Shown here in pieces: positions 19,862 through 30,123 of a DNA stretch of 64,000 nt. A model generated the notes under the pieces. It made no database searches, was not told where the DNA came from, and was given only the letters and a program-made list of their open reading frames with translations. The translations under genes were made by a program, and so were the position numbers. The DNA is from an uncultured archaeon (GTDB taxonomy: Archaea > Thermoproteota > Bathyarchaeia > Bathyarchaeales > Bathycorpusculaceae). The stretch is from NCBI GenBank assembly GCA_963782915.1, contig CAWALK010000015.1:192001-256000 (forward strand). The letters are read 5' to 3'. Numbering within the stretch: position 1 is the stretch's first letter; the number at the start of each line of letters is the position of its first letter.

Positions 19862-20284
19862 ACAAACATTCACCTTCGACATGTTTTTAATATCTTCAAC
19901 ATTAGCTCTGCGATTGAAAAGGGTTTCCTGCCTTTACCTCAACAAAAAACCACTATGCAGTTATAAATCATTGCAACTGTACAAACTAACCTGTTTCCAA
20001 TGCTGTTTATTATGCAATTAAAAATAACTTGGTAAATGATAAAGTCGGTAACAGCCTGTTTTTGCAAATAGCACATTTGTTCTTGCCCACACATGAATTC
20101 AGCACCCACTTGGTTATTGCTCGCGGAGACAAGGCAGGAAACCAAAGGGAAAACAGCTTTAGAGTCCTAAATGTGCAATTTTTGTTGAAGGATCGATAAT
20201 TCTTTGAGATAACTTCAATTACCCCCAAGCCAATGTTAGAGTTTAAATAGCCTATTTTACATGGAAGAAGAGGATGTTTACTAA

Positions 20285-20449
20285 ATGACCCAACCAAAAA
20301 TGAAATTGAGAGGAAAAAAGAATTACAAGAATACACATGGAACAGTTTGCAGGGTAGTGTCACGACCAAAACCAAACTATAAAAAAATAAAGAAAGCACT
20401 TCACTTGAAACTGTTGCAGGCACAAGCTAGCACTCAAGCTAGCGCCTAA
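20285..20449 (+). CDS. Small basic protein (54 aa)
   Basis: MTQPKMKLRGKKNYKNTHGTVCRVVSRPKPNYKKIKKALHLKLLQAQASTQASA*; TTTAAATA and GAGG upstream. Confidence 0.45.
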   Translation: MTQPKMKLRGKKNYKNTHGTVCRVVSRPKPNYKKIKKALHLKLLQAQASTQASA

Positions 20450-20579
20450 TCATCGATTTTTAGTCTGTCGGTAAAAAGAGATAGCCAGTGTATCTGGTTT
20501 CTTTTATTTCTGTAAATTATTTAAAACAAAACCGTAGCTAAGTCGCTGCCCAAATCAACTCATAAACAGATAAGGCAAA

Positions 20580-20837
20580 TTAGCGGAAACCTCTAGTTTC
20601 ATAAATAATAATAAAATCCGTCTTAATCTCCATAACCAAATCATGCCCCTCAGCTATCCGCCGCAAGCAACCGACGCTTTCCTTAGAGAATTGTGCCTTA
20701 ATATTTATGTGGTAACCCCTAAACGTTGGCTTAGCTTTCTGGGGCAATAACGCAAAGGTGCTTCCCTCCAAACCAGGGCATGTGTCAGCAATTTCTCTTA
20801 ATAAAACAGCGATTTCTGCTAATTCCATATGGATCAC
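20580..20837 (-). CDS. Small hypothetical alpha/beta protein
   Basis: 85-aa ORF with protein-like composition. Confidence 0.6.
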   Translation of the reverse strand: MIHMELAEIAVLLREIADTCPGLEGSTFALLPQKAKPTFRGYHINIKAQFSKESVGCLRRIAEGHDLVMEIKTDFIIIYETRGFR

Positions 20838-20948
20838 AACTAGTTTACGTTAAACATTATGCTAAAGCACTTTCTTTAACATTCGTTTGGCATCTAAACA
20901 AACGCGTTTTCAAAAAATAATTTGTGTAGACGGAATGAAAAATACGGT

Positions 20949-21522
20949 CTAATGAAGGGGCGCTTGAGCAATACTGCGCAGGTTTGCACGAGTGAATATC
21001 AGATTACATACGGATATTGAACCTGAAGTGCTATTGTTTACTTTTTTGATGTATTGGGAGAAGTAGGTTTCGGTTAGTTTCCGCACCTGTTTTTCGTCAC
21101 TTGTATACTTCAAGTGAAGCAACTCATGTATTAAAGCCGCTCTTGCTCGACTACCAGCATACGCTATCAATAAGTCCTTGCCATATTTTTCTTCGAAGGC
21201 GCTGCAAAACTGGGCGGTTTTGGGGTAAATGCGAATCTTCCCAGTAGATGGGTTGCATTTTCCGGCGATTTTGAGTCCGTTCTCTTTTTGCAGGGGGTAG
21301 AGCTCGATTTTTACGCTATTCACCGTTTTTTGGTCTATTCCTTCGGCTTCAAGCATTAAATAGACGAATTGTTGGAAGGGAGTTTTTTTTAGTGCTTTGA
21401 GGATGAAACGGGAGTATTTTGAGTAAAAACGGGTGTTTTGGAGCAGAGTTTCTGGTTTTTTATGTTGGTTGATTTCTATTTTTGTGGCTGAGTTTTGGTT
21501 GCTGTATAGTTTGTGTTATCAT
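20949..21522 (-). CDS. Putative zincin-like metalloprotease (HExxH), frameshift near 21480
   Basis: GKC...GKIRIY, LIHELLH...DE; frame extends upstream to an A-run and ATG at 21522. Confidence 0.65.
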
Positions 21523-21544
21523 GTTTAGGCAGCTGACGTTTAGT

Positions 21545-21742
21545 TTAGAGCCTAACGAGGAATACGCTATTCTTGTTTGCTTTTGATGCAGCGCGTGTAA
21601 AGCCATGTGAATCGGGCAAGTTATCTAGGTGGTGACTTGCGGGGCATTTGATTCCAACTGTCTGTCCATTAGTGGATACCCAAACAATGCGTCCCATACG
21701 GGTGCATTGGGGGCACTGTGTGTATTCGCCTATGCAGACCAT
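21545..21742 (-). CDS. Small CPxC...CxxxH Zn-ribbon protein
   Basis: CPQC..MGRIVW...VGIKCPASH; true start may be ~21769 across a frameshift. Confidence 0.65.
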   Translation of the reverse strand: MVCIGEYTQCPQCTRMGRIVWVSTNGQTVGIKCPASHHLDNLPDSHGFTRAASKANKNSVFLVRL

Positions 21743-22157
21743 TGCTTTGTGCCCTCTTTTTTGTTGCCATAACCATAATCCTCACCCATTGCTTGCATGG
21801 ATAAGAGTAGATTAGCTTGTGCAGGAGACTTAAGCTCGGCACAAATTTCGAATGATTCAATATTTTGCTTCAATTCTCTCTCTTCTAACGAAATTATGAA
21901 AAGTTATTCACTTAGCCCAAACCCAAGCATAGAAGACTTTTCACTACTAACATGTGCTGCCGAGCTTATAAACAGGTGAATTTTCTATGCTGTTTCGGCA
22001 GGCGTTTAGCAAAAAGTGCTTGTTTTGAAGGAAGCGGCAATTTAGGGAGCGGTCAAATTGGCGTATACTCTGTTAAACGCGGTTTGTTTAATAAAAAGAA
22101 TAAATAAAAAAAATTCCATTTTAATTGATTAAGATGTTAAGCTATCAGCTTAGTATC

Positions 22158-22301
22158 TTAGTATCTGCGTGGTGGTCTACGTTTAGAGTAGCATTCTCGG
22201 CAGTAAACTGGCCTGCTTCCGTCTGGTTTGAATGGAACATCACATTCTTTTCCGCAGTCTGCGCAGGTTGCCTTGTGCATCTCTTTGTTGCCAAATGACA
22301 T
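22158..22301 (-). CDS. CxxC-x17-CxxC domain microprotein (47 aa)
   Basis: MSFGNKEMHKATCADCGKECDVPFKPDGSRPVYCRECYSKRRPPRRY*. Confidence 0.9.
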   Translation of the reverse strand: MSFGNKEMHKATCADCGKECDVPFKPDGSRPVYCRECYSKRRPPRRY

Positions 22302-22595
22302 TTCTATTTTTCACTTCCCTTTTCTACTTTACAAATTGCTTTGCAAGCTTGTGTAATGCAGAGCTTACACTAAAACCTATTCATTCGAAAACCGATTATA
22401 TTGTATTTTTATGCACGTAATCAGAAGGGATCCCATGGAATGTAGCAACGTTTGAGCGCTGTAAATTTTTTAAGTGCGCGCACTCGAATTCAAGATAGTT
22501 TTCGATTTGGTATTAGTTGTACTCTTTTAGAGCTTTTATTCGAAAAAAAGGAAGCTAAACCTTGACAAAAAATCGAAAAAATACATCACCAAAAA

Positions 22596-23672
22596 TTAAC
22601 ATTTGGAGATTGTCATTACCAACCTTGTACCTTTGCCAACTTCACCGTCTTCACTAATACTCCAACCATAGACGTGCACTATTTTCTTAGATAAAAACAA
22701 GCCAAAACCCGTGCTACCGCCAGTACTGAAGCCCTGTCTAAAGAGCTGCTTTTTGTACTCCTCAGGTATGCCTACGCCGTCATCTTCATAAATCAATTGC
22801 AAATCCCCTGAAGCAGTTTCCTTGTAGTGAACCCAAACATTCTTGGTAGTTTTCCCATATTTCCGTGTGTTATCGATAAAGTTGAAGAGAAGTTGCCTTA
22901 GCAAAGAGTCAGCATGCACGATTAAACCGTGGCAGTCATTGACTACTTTGAAGGGTAGTCCCGGAAACATCTCAACGGCTCCGTCAACAGCTTTCCCCAC
23001 GTCAACATCACTCAATGCTTCCATGCCTACCTGTTCATATGTGCTTGCGATTTCGAAAATCTTCATTGAATCAGTAACTGCTTGGGACATTTTATCTAGC
23101 CCTTCAACGACATCGGTTAGGTCGTAGTGTCTTTTTTTGAGTATGTACGTATAGCCTGTTACGGAACTAAGTTTATTGCGGACATCATGGCGGGTTAAGC
23201 TGCCGACGACTTTTAGCTTTTCGTTTAATTCTTCAATTTTGTCTATGTTAGCTGACAGATACTCTAGGGCTACGGTCATGTCTTTCTCGATTATTTTCTG
23301 TTCAGTGATATCTGTAGCACTAACAGCTGAACCAAGGCAAACTCCTTTATCGCCGTAAACGGATGAACGGTTAACAAGGATAGGAACCAGGGAACCGTCT
23401 TTTCGTTGAGCCAAATATTCTGTGGTGATTGCCTCTTCTGCAGTCAACCATTTTGATATAGACGCTACTTCATCCCTTGCATTTGAGCCTGCTAATACTT
23501 CGACTACATCTCGGCCCATGGCTTCGTTTTTGGTCCAGCCGAAGAGTTTTTCAGAAGCAGTATTCCAGAAGGAAATCTTGCGGTTTGTATCCACCATCAT
23601 CACTGCTTGTCCGATGTGATCAAGTAGGTTAGCGTGAAAGTTGTTTTGCTCTGTGTATGTTTTTGGTTGCAA
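22596..23672 (-). CDS. Cytoplasmic PAS-domain sensor histidine kinase
   Basis: PAS (WN.ASEKLFGW, RKDGS, DITEQK), H-box RHDVRNKL, N-box NFIDN, DDGVGI, GFGLFL. Confidence 0.92.
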   Translation of the reverse strand: MQPKTYTEQNNFHANLLDHIGQAVMMVDTNRKISFWNTASEKLFGWTKNEAMGRDVVEVLAGSNARDEVASISKWLTAEEAITTEYLAQRKDGSLVPILVNRSSVYGDKGVCLGSAVSATDITEQKIIEKDMTVALEYLSANIDKIEELNEKLKVVGSLTRHDVRNKLSSVTGYTYILKKRHYDLTDVVEGLDKMSQAVTDSMKIFEIASTYEQVGMEALSDVDVGKAVDGAVEMFPGLPFKVVNDCHGLIVHADSLLRQLLFNFIDNTRKYGKTTKNVWVHYKETASGDLQLIYEDDGVGIPEEYKKQLFRQGFSTGGSTGFGLFLSKKIVHVYGWSISEDGEVGKGTRLVMTISKC

Positions 23673-23896
23673 GATGAATCTCTCGTTTCAGGGTTGGTTT
23701 GAATGCGTACTTTAGACGGTAAATCTGGTAAAATGTATTTAATCGTTATGAATTGTTGATTCATTCGAATTTTTCGGTTATTCCAGTTATAAATAGGAAA
23801 TTTATTTAGGTTTTATAGGTGGCTAAGGATAAACCGAGGGGTCGCCGAAAAATTAAATACTAAATTTCAACCCTTCATAAGGTGAGGGTCTCATTA

Positions 23897-24208
23897 ATGG
23901 GATTTTTATTAGGAGTCGGGTTATTAATCGCCGGAGTATTTTTAATGCTCGTAGCGGGATTTCTCTTCTTCACAATTATCCTAATTCCTTTGGCAATAAT
24001 TGCGGGAATTATTGGATTAATGCTGCTTATCGGCGGTTTGGTAGCCGCCGTTGCTAGGACAGCCTATCATTCGCATAATTATCATGCATATTCCGCAGGA
24101 GTTAAGTATTGTCCGGTATGCGGTGTCCAAAACGCTGTGGAAAATAAGTATTGTAGAAATTGCGGAACGATGTTTATTGTAAATTCGAATGAACTGAAAA
24201 GCCCTTAA
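23897..24208 (+). CDS. Two-TM protein with C-terminal zinc ribbon
   Basis: Two TM helices, CPVCG...YCRNCG. Confidence 0.8.
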   Translation: MGFLLGVGLLIAGVFLMLVAGFLFFTIILIPLAIIAGIIGLMLLIGGLVAAVARTAYHSHNYHAYSAGVKYCPVCGVQNAVENKYCRNCGTMFIVNSNELKSP

Positions 24209-24402
24209 ATTTTTTTGGGTGGAATTATCGCTCAAGAAATGTGCGCAGTAAGTTCTTGGGGATTCTTGTTTCTACCCCAAAGTTTAGTTATCTCTAAAAT
24301 TCCATTGTTGCCTTCTAGTTATATGCTTTTCCCACCAACAAAGGAATATAATTGCGGATGAGAGTTAAAGTAATTAACTCAAATTTTTGGTGGTGAGAAA
24401 TT

Positions 24403-24717
24403 ATGGTTAGTGCTGATGAGGTTTCCGGAAGAAAAGTAGTTAGCCTAAAAGGTGACGAGATAGGCGAAATTAAAGACGTAGTTTTTGATATTAAAAATTG
24501 GAAAGTTACCCACCTAAAGATGAAATTATCCAATAAAGCGGCGGTTTCATTGGGTTACAAGAAAACATTCGGAAGTTATGATGTGTGTATGCCTGTTGAT
24601 GTCGTTTCTTCAGTTGGTGATGCTGTTACGATTAACAAGACTTTGCTTGATCTTATTGCGAATGAAGAGGTTAAAGAATGTCCAGCTACCCACGGTGGAA
24701 TGAACATAGGGCTTTAG
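24403..24717 (+). CDS. PRC-barrel domain protein
   Basis: G.KVVS..G.EIGEIKDVVFD...W.V, VGDAV. Confidence 0.85.
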   Translation: MVSADEVSGRKVVSLKGDEIGEIKDVVFDIKNWKVTHLKMKLSNKAAVSLGYKKTFGSYDVCMPVDVVSSVGDAVTINKTLLDLIANEEVKECPATHGGMNIGL

Positions 24718-24840
24718 TGAAATCACTTTTAGCTTAACTCTCCGAGCCCTTTATTTTTTCTAATTTTAGTATCCAGAAAGAGAAAAATTTTTGACTCCCA
24801 AAAAAAGAGATAGAAAAATTGTTTAAGCGCACACACTGAA

Positions 24841-24930
24841 TTATTTATTTGGTTGTTGTGCTTCTCGGCGCTCTTCTTTCTCATCACGCCTATTCTTAAT
24901 CGCAGCAGCCTTCACTACTTTCCGTACCAA
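24841..24930 (-). CDS. Charged microprotein (29 aa)
   Basis: GGAGGTG RBS then TTG-VRKVVKAAAIKNRRDEKEERREAQQPNK*. Confidence 0.45.
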   Translation of the reverse strand: MVRKVVKAAAIKNRRDEKEERREAQQPNK

Positions 24931-25206
24931 TATTCAAGCACCTCCCAATTTCTTGTCAAAGCACGCCATGTACTGCTCTGGTTTAAGCGCGTGCCGACAA
25001 CAAAATACACTTCAAAAACAGATCATTTGGTTTATGATAAAGAAATGTGACTGTACTGCGTCCCATACTACTCTTAACGCTGGAAATTGCTTGCGCAATA
25101 AGGCCTTATTTCAACACGACAGAGGGAAAGTTTGGTCGAACGTTTTTGGTTCCAAGATGGATCGCTCATTTCGGATATGGCCATATTCACACTTACAACA
25201 ACCGCA

Positions 25207-26649
25207 TCACTTGATAGCGTTTTTCTTTCTAAGAACCACAAAAGCAACAAAAACTGAAACAACAACTAAAATGACCATAAACGCTAAGATAGCAATCTCC
25301 ACCCACCCCAATCCTAAAACTACTTGATTGGGTAACAACGTGCTTGAAGAATTTAAAACCACTTTAATTAAATGAGTGCTATGATGATAGGTGAAATAAA
25401 GAAGCCAGCCGTCACCTTGGGATTGATAAGAATACTCTATCTGGTTATCGTCTAAGTAGACTTTTAGAGCAGAAATATCGCTTATCAAAGACTTAGGAAT
25501 ATTTACAGTGACATAACCCGTTGTTCCCGGTTCGCCTGAAACGCTAAAGCTCAATTCTCGGCTAGTTGAATTAAAAGAAAAATCCGTGAGAGTGGAGTTT
25601 GAGTTGGCTGAGAAAACGTTTTGTTCCTGGAATGGTTCCAACGCAAAATTAACTGTTGTGGTTGCCTCTGAATAGTTTTCGTTCCCTTCATATACTGCTT
25701 TTAGGGAATAGTAACCTGTGACAGAGGGCATCCACTCGGCGGTGTAGCTTCCATCGATGCCTGTTTTGATTAGAGTCAGGTCGACCCAGGATTTTTTTCC
25801 GTTAACGCTGTAGGATAAAAGTATCGGTGCATCTGGGATGCCAGTTTCATTGATGGTTAAGTTGCCTTTGATTTGAACCTTGAAGTCCGTCATGCTTGTT
25901 GAGCTTATGCATGAAGTTGTAAGTGAAGGTTCTTGGCGGATAGCTGATTGTGCCTCAAAAATTTTGACGTTATCGTAATCGACTGGGATTTCTGTGTATC
26001 GTCCGCTAATTGCTAATCCGTCGAAAACGTAAGGTAGATCGCTTCCGTTAAACGCTCCCTTGAGTATTCCGTCGATATAAACTGAAAAGACTCTGTTTGG
26101 CCTGTCAAGAACGAACCTAATATGATACCATTGGTTGGGAACGTAGGTTTGCAGAACGGTACCTGAACCTTCTGCGTCCACAAAAGCCCGGGCAACTATG
26201 TTACCATTATCCGTGAAGGTTACGCCGTCGGTCCATTTGGCTTGGCCCCAATTGACCTGTTTCCAGAGCCCTACCTTAACGTCATCTCCAGAGGTGCCAT
26301 TGTTTGCGGTAACTAGTACGCTTATTTCGAAACCTATTATGTCTGAGCTACTTTGGAAATACGTTACTGCGTCGGCAGCCCAATTACGTTCACCCTGTAA
26401 TTGGAAGCATTTATTGGAAGAGTTCACTGGGTCGCTGATAACTTGCTGGTATTGATTGCCCATTCCATTAAAAACCAATGTCCACTGGGATGGGAAACTG
26501 CCCACCGAATAACTATCAAAGTCATCAGTAAAAAGCAAGTCATCCAAAGGGGCAGCAGCAACTGTTAGGTTAGGCGTAGCTGAAATTGCAATAGATAACA
26601 CAAGAATACAAACAGTAAATATTTTCCAATTGCACCCTGTATTTCTCAT
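25207..26649 (-). CDS. Surface protein: lectin/LamG-like domain + Ig-like domain + conserved C-module + TM
   Basis: Signal peptide, FTDDFDSY, W.H.....D......VYIDG...DNVKI; C-half homologous to the 28163 ORF. Confidence 0.75.
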   Translation of the reverse strand: MRNTGCNWKIFTVCILVLSIAISATPNLTVAAAPLDDLLFTDDFDSYSVGSFPSQWTLVFNGMGNQYQQVISDPVNSSNKCFQLQGERNWAADAVTYFQSSSDIIGFEISVLVTANNGTSGDDVKVGLWKQVNWGQAKWTDGVTFTDNGNIVARAFVDAEGSGTVLQTYVPNQWYHIRFVLDRPNRVFSVYIDGILKGAFNGSDLPYVFDGLAISGRYTEIPVDYDNVKIFEAQSAIRQEPSLTTSCISSTSMTDFKVQIKGNLTINETGIPDAPILLSYSVNGKKSWVDLTLIKTGIDGSYTAEWMPSVTGYYSLKAVYEGNENYSEATTTVNFALEPFQEQNVFSANSNSTLTDFSFNSTSRELSFSVSGEPGTTGYVTVNIPKSLISDISALKVYLDDNQIEYSYQSQGDGWLLYFTYHHSTHLIKVVLNSSSTLLPNQVVLGLGWVEIAILAFMVILVVVSVFVAFVVLRKKNAIK

Positions 26650-26736
26650 TTGTAAACCTTGACTTTAGGGCTGAGTTATAAGCTTAAATATTTTTGGTTA
26701 AAACGTTTGATCTTTTAGTCCGATTTAATCAGAAGG

Positions 26737-27052
26737 GGGCTGGTGTATTGGTTGTAACCCGCCTTCTGTTGTTTGTGGCATTCGGCTAATCGGGCTACCC
26801 GCGCCTTCCGGTAGATTCTTCATCGGCGACTGTTTGCCCTTTCCACTTGCAGGACGGCCGTTTCACCGTTTCCATGCCGGCGGACTCGACATCACAAAAT
26901 GTGTCATAGCCATATCCGGTTGGACGTTTCGTTTCTGCTCCGTTGCCAAACCTCTCGGTCTGCCCCATCTGGAGCTGCAATTCTACATGTGGGCGGAGTT
27001 TCCTCAATCCCCTAATTCGGGGACCGATGGCCACGCACCAACTCACCAGCCC
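26737..27052 (-). ncRNA. rnpB: Archaeal RNase P RNA
   Basis: P1 GGGCTGGTG/CACCAGCCC; CR-I GAGGAAACTCCGCCC; CR-II GCAGAAACG; CR-III TGAAACGG; CR-IV AGCCGAATG; CR-V ACAGAAGGCGGGTTA. Confidence 0.95.
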
Positions 27053-27111
27053 AAAACAGAAAGCTGCATGCATGCCAATAAACATACCCAATCAAAAGCG
27101 GTTCAGTAATG

Positions 27112-28005
27112 CTATATGAGCGTGCCGTGGGCTACAAGCACAACTTGCCCGCCGACATGAACCTCTTCCGTTTCGCCTGTTGCCTGAGCCTTCAAGAAAA
27201 GCAATGATGGACGCTTAATTTCGTAACCCTGCTCAACTCGGGCGTCAACTACGTCGCTACCAAAATAGCGGTAATGTGAGAGGTAACCTGCGAGGCAGCC
27301 GTTTCCTGAACCCGTCGCCGGGTCCTCGGGGATGCCGAATAAGTCAACAAAGACACGGACATGCAGGTTGTTTTCAGCATGACAAGTTTGCGGGCAAAAA
27401 ACCAGGATACCGCCGTGTATGTCACCGCCCATTTTTCTTAGTACTGTCAGGTCGATTTTGGCTTTTTTGATAGCTTCAAGGGATTTTAAGGGCACAATCA
27501 CGAAGGGCAACCCAGTGGTGACTTCCTGGATTGGGTAACGAGTATCAAAGCAGTCTTGGGACAACTGAAGGAGTTGTGCCATCTGTAGGATGCTGAAGGT
27601 GGCTTTGAAGACGGGCGATTTCTGTTTCATCCAAAGCGCCTCTTTGCCAATTGAGTCAGTTTTGAAGGTTACTGGGATTTGCCCGACGGCTAAATTGAGT
27701 TTTATGGTGTCGGTTTCTTGGTTGGTTATGAAGTGCTTGATTATGTATGCTGTGCCTATGGTTGGGTGACCAGCGAATGGGACTTCCCGTTGGGGCGTGA
27801 ATATTCTGACGTCATAGCCCCCGTTTCGGGGTTGATTTGAGAGAATAAATGTGGTTTCTGAGTAATGCATTTCGTTGGCTAATTGCTGCATCTTCTCGGG
27901 GGTTAAGTCGGTGGCGTTGGGGAAGACGGCAAGCTGGTTGCCTGCAAACTTTTTCTGCGCAAACACATCTACCAGATAGTAATTTAAATTCCCCATTTCA
28001 ATCAT
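27112..28005 (-). CDS. PhzF family isomerase/epimerase
   Basis: VDVFA...AGNQLAV, SETTF, RIFTP.REVPFAGHPT, EDPATGSG, EQG. Confidence 0.93.
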   Translation of the reverse strand: MIEMGNLNYYLVDVFAQKKFAGNQLAVFPNATDLTPEKMQQLANEMHYSETTFILSNQPRNGGYDVRIFTPQREVPFAGHPTIGTAYIIKHFITNQETDTIKLNLAVGQIPVTFKTDSIGKEALWMKQKSPVFKATFSILQMAQLLQLSQDCFDTRYPIQEVTTGLPFVIVPLKSLEAIKKAKIDLTVLRKMGGDIHGGILVFCPQTCHAENNLHVRVFVDLFGIPEDPATGSGNGCLAGYLSHYRYFGSDVVDARVEQGYEIKRPSLLFLKAQATGETEEVHVGGQVVLVAHGTLI

Positions 28006-28162
28006 CTAGAAATAACTTTCATCGCTTCTTTATATAACAACCGCTAATAAGCTTGACTCTTAAATAATGGAGAACCGGTACCCACGGAAATAGGTGGTTC
28101 TGTATACAAAAGCATAACCCAAACCCACTTTAAACAAGTATTCAGATTAGAGCGCTTAAAAA

Positions 28163-29446
28163 TTAGGGGAGAAGCCGAAGACCCGCATAGTAACCCTCTA
28201 GAAATTGCCTTTTGCGGTTCCGTTTTACCCTCACTAAAACTGCAACAGAAGCTAATACAGCAATTATTATGGCTAAAATTATGATCCACTGAGTCACTGT
28301 ATAGTCCGTTGAGTCGTTAGTGTTCATTTGTACGGTGACTTCGTGGATACTGTGGTGATATGTGAAGGTTACAAGTACAGCATCAGGCGCTTGAACTGCA
28401 GTATATTGTAAGGGTTCCCCGTCGAGGCAGACCGTCAATGAAGAGAGATCGCTTACCATTGTTTTAGGCAGATTGATGCTTACGTAGCCGATTGTGTTAG
28501 AGGTCCCGTTAACACTGAAACTAACCGTTTGGCTTGTTGGGTCAAAAGAAAGCGCATTAACCGTCGAGTTAGAGGTTACCGAAAACACATTCTGCTCATG
28601 ATAGGGCATAACTACGAAATTGACGGTTTTGTTGACCTCGGAGTGGTAGACGTCGCCTAGGTATATGGCTTTTAGCATGTAGTAACCTGAGGCTTGTGGC
28701 ATCCAGACTTCTAAGAATTCCCCGTTGCTGTTGGTTACGGTTGTCGCTAGATCAATCCACGAGTTACCTGCATTAACGCTGTAGGACAGCAATATTTGAG
28801 CTTCCGTTACTGGCTCGCAGTTGGCATACAAGCGGCCTGTTATGGTTACTTTGAAGTTAGTACAAGAGGTTGTGCTTTGGCATGAAATCGCTATGTCTGA
28901 TTCATTTTTGGGTTGAGGCTCTTGGATTGGAGTTGCAGTTGGAGTGGGTGAAGGGGTGCTGCCGTTGACGTAATCGCCACAGTTTATCCAGTAGGCATCC
29001 CGAAAAGGGGTCTGTGTTCTGCCGCCAAAGACGCCGCCGCTGATTTGGTATATGCCTTCTGCTGCTTTCCCGTCGCCTGCGCCGTCAGGAAAGCCGTTTT
29101 TATCCAGGTCCTCCATTAAAGCAACAAGGAATGCTTCGGCGTGTGGATATGCTTTTGCAAGTGAGTTGTTCCCGGATAGATATTGGTCTTCGTGGGTTGG
29201 GAGGAACTGGAAGTTTTTGATATGCTCAACTGTTAGCATTGCCACTACTGCGCAGTCTTCAGCGCCAAAGGTTAGTTCGCGGTCGTTTCCAAAGTAGACG
29301 AATGTGACGTCATAGCCTTTTTGTTCTAATTCGTTGACGACTTGTTGGGCTGCGCTGGATATGGGTGCCGCTGTAATGGTTGAGGTAAAAAGGCCAAAAC
29401 ATACAATGACGATAAGTAGGCTGGTTAGAAACTGCCGAGGCTTCAT
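28163..29446 (-). CDS. Surface protein, paralog of 25207 with a different N-terminal domain
   Basis: Shared FKV.I.G.L...ILLSYSVN...SW.DL...WMP...GYY.LKA.Y.G, EQNVFS..SNST, TYHHS.H, TM. Confidence 0.75.
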   Translation of the reverse strand: MKPRQFLTSLLIVIVCFGLFTSTITAAPISSAAQQVVNELEQKGYDVTFVYFGNDRELTFGAEDCAVVAMLTVEHIKNFQFLPTHEDQYLSGNNSLAKAYPHAEAFLVALMEDLDKNGFPDGAGDGKAAEGIYQISGGVFGGRTQTPFRDAYWINCGDYVNGSTPSPTPTATPIQEPQPKNESDIAISCQSTTSCTNFKVTITGRLYANCEPVTEAQILLSYSVNAGNSWIDLATTVTNSNGEFLEVWMPQASGYYMLKAIYLGDVYHSEVNKTVNFVVMPYHEQNVFSVTSNSTVNALSFDPTSQTVSFSVNGTSNTIGYVSINLPKTMVSDLSSLTVCLDGEPLQYTAVQAPDAVLVTFTYHHSIHEVTVQMNTNDSTDYTVTQWIIILAIIIAVLASVAVLVRVKRNRKRQFLEGYYAGLRLLP

Positions 29447-29581
29447 TTAATCACCAGTAACTCGATATGTCACTGTAAATGGGTTTGGCTTATAACGTTT
29501 CCTAAATCGAACAACAAGCAAACAACGTCTCAGTCCTAATACACAGCCGCCAGCACAAGTCGCGGTTATCGATCTTTTAGT

Positions 29582-29740
29582 CTTTAAATAAGGGGAGGGG
29601 GGTCTGTGCAGAGCAATAAGCCCTCTTCTATGTTGTTTATGGTACAGCTTGTTGAATCCGCCTCAACCAGCCAGCAACCCGTCTCGTAACCCAACACCAA
29701 ACAGACGCCCCAGCCAAACTGCCAGAAGAAGAAGGGTAAG
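29582..29740. repeat. Dispersed intergenic element, copy 3 (inverted relative to copies 1-2)
   Basis: CTTTAAATAAGGGGAGGGGGGTCTGTGCAGAGCAATAA...CCTCAACCAGCCAGCAACCC...CCCAACACCAAA...AAGAAGGGT. Confidence 0.75.
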
Positions 29741-30123
29741 GGAGCTCATGCCATTATCTTCTATAGAAAAAAACTTTTACGTATACAAAAGCATCACCAA
29801 AACACACAAGCCATCCGCCGACAAAATCGAGAACAACCAAACAGAAGCCCCCAAAGAATCCAACTCAACATATGCAAACAAGCAGCATCCGCTAAATCAA
29901 CAACTGTCCAACAAAAGCACCCGCCAAAAACAAGCATCAAACAGAAAATATTTAAGCACCAAACAAAAGAGCACAACCCAAAACTAGAAAAAAGCCACAA
30001 AAAAATAAGTGAACTGTTTCGAAAACTCAAAAAAGCAACCAGGCCAACGCTAAAGAGCCCTTTATAAATAGATGCTCTTATATACTCACATTGTTATTTA
30101 AATAGGGAAGCACGTGACTTGAC

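Noticed and set aside
26795-27109. ORFs 26795-27091 (-) and 26834-27109 (+)
   Set aside because: They overlap the RNase P RNA gene
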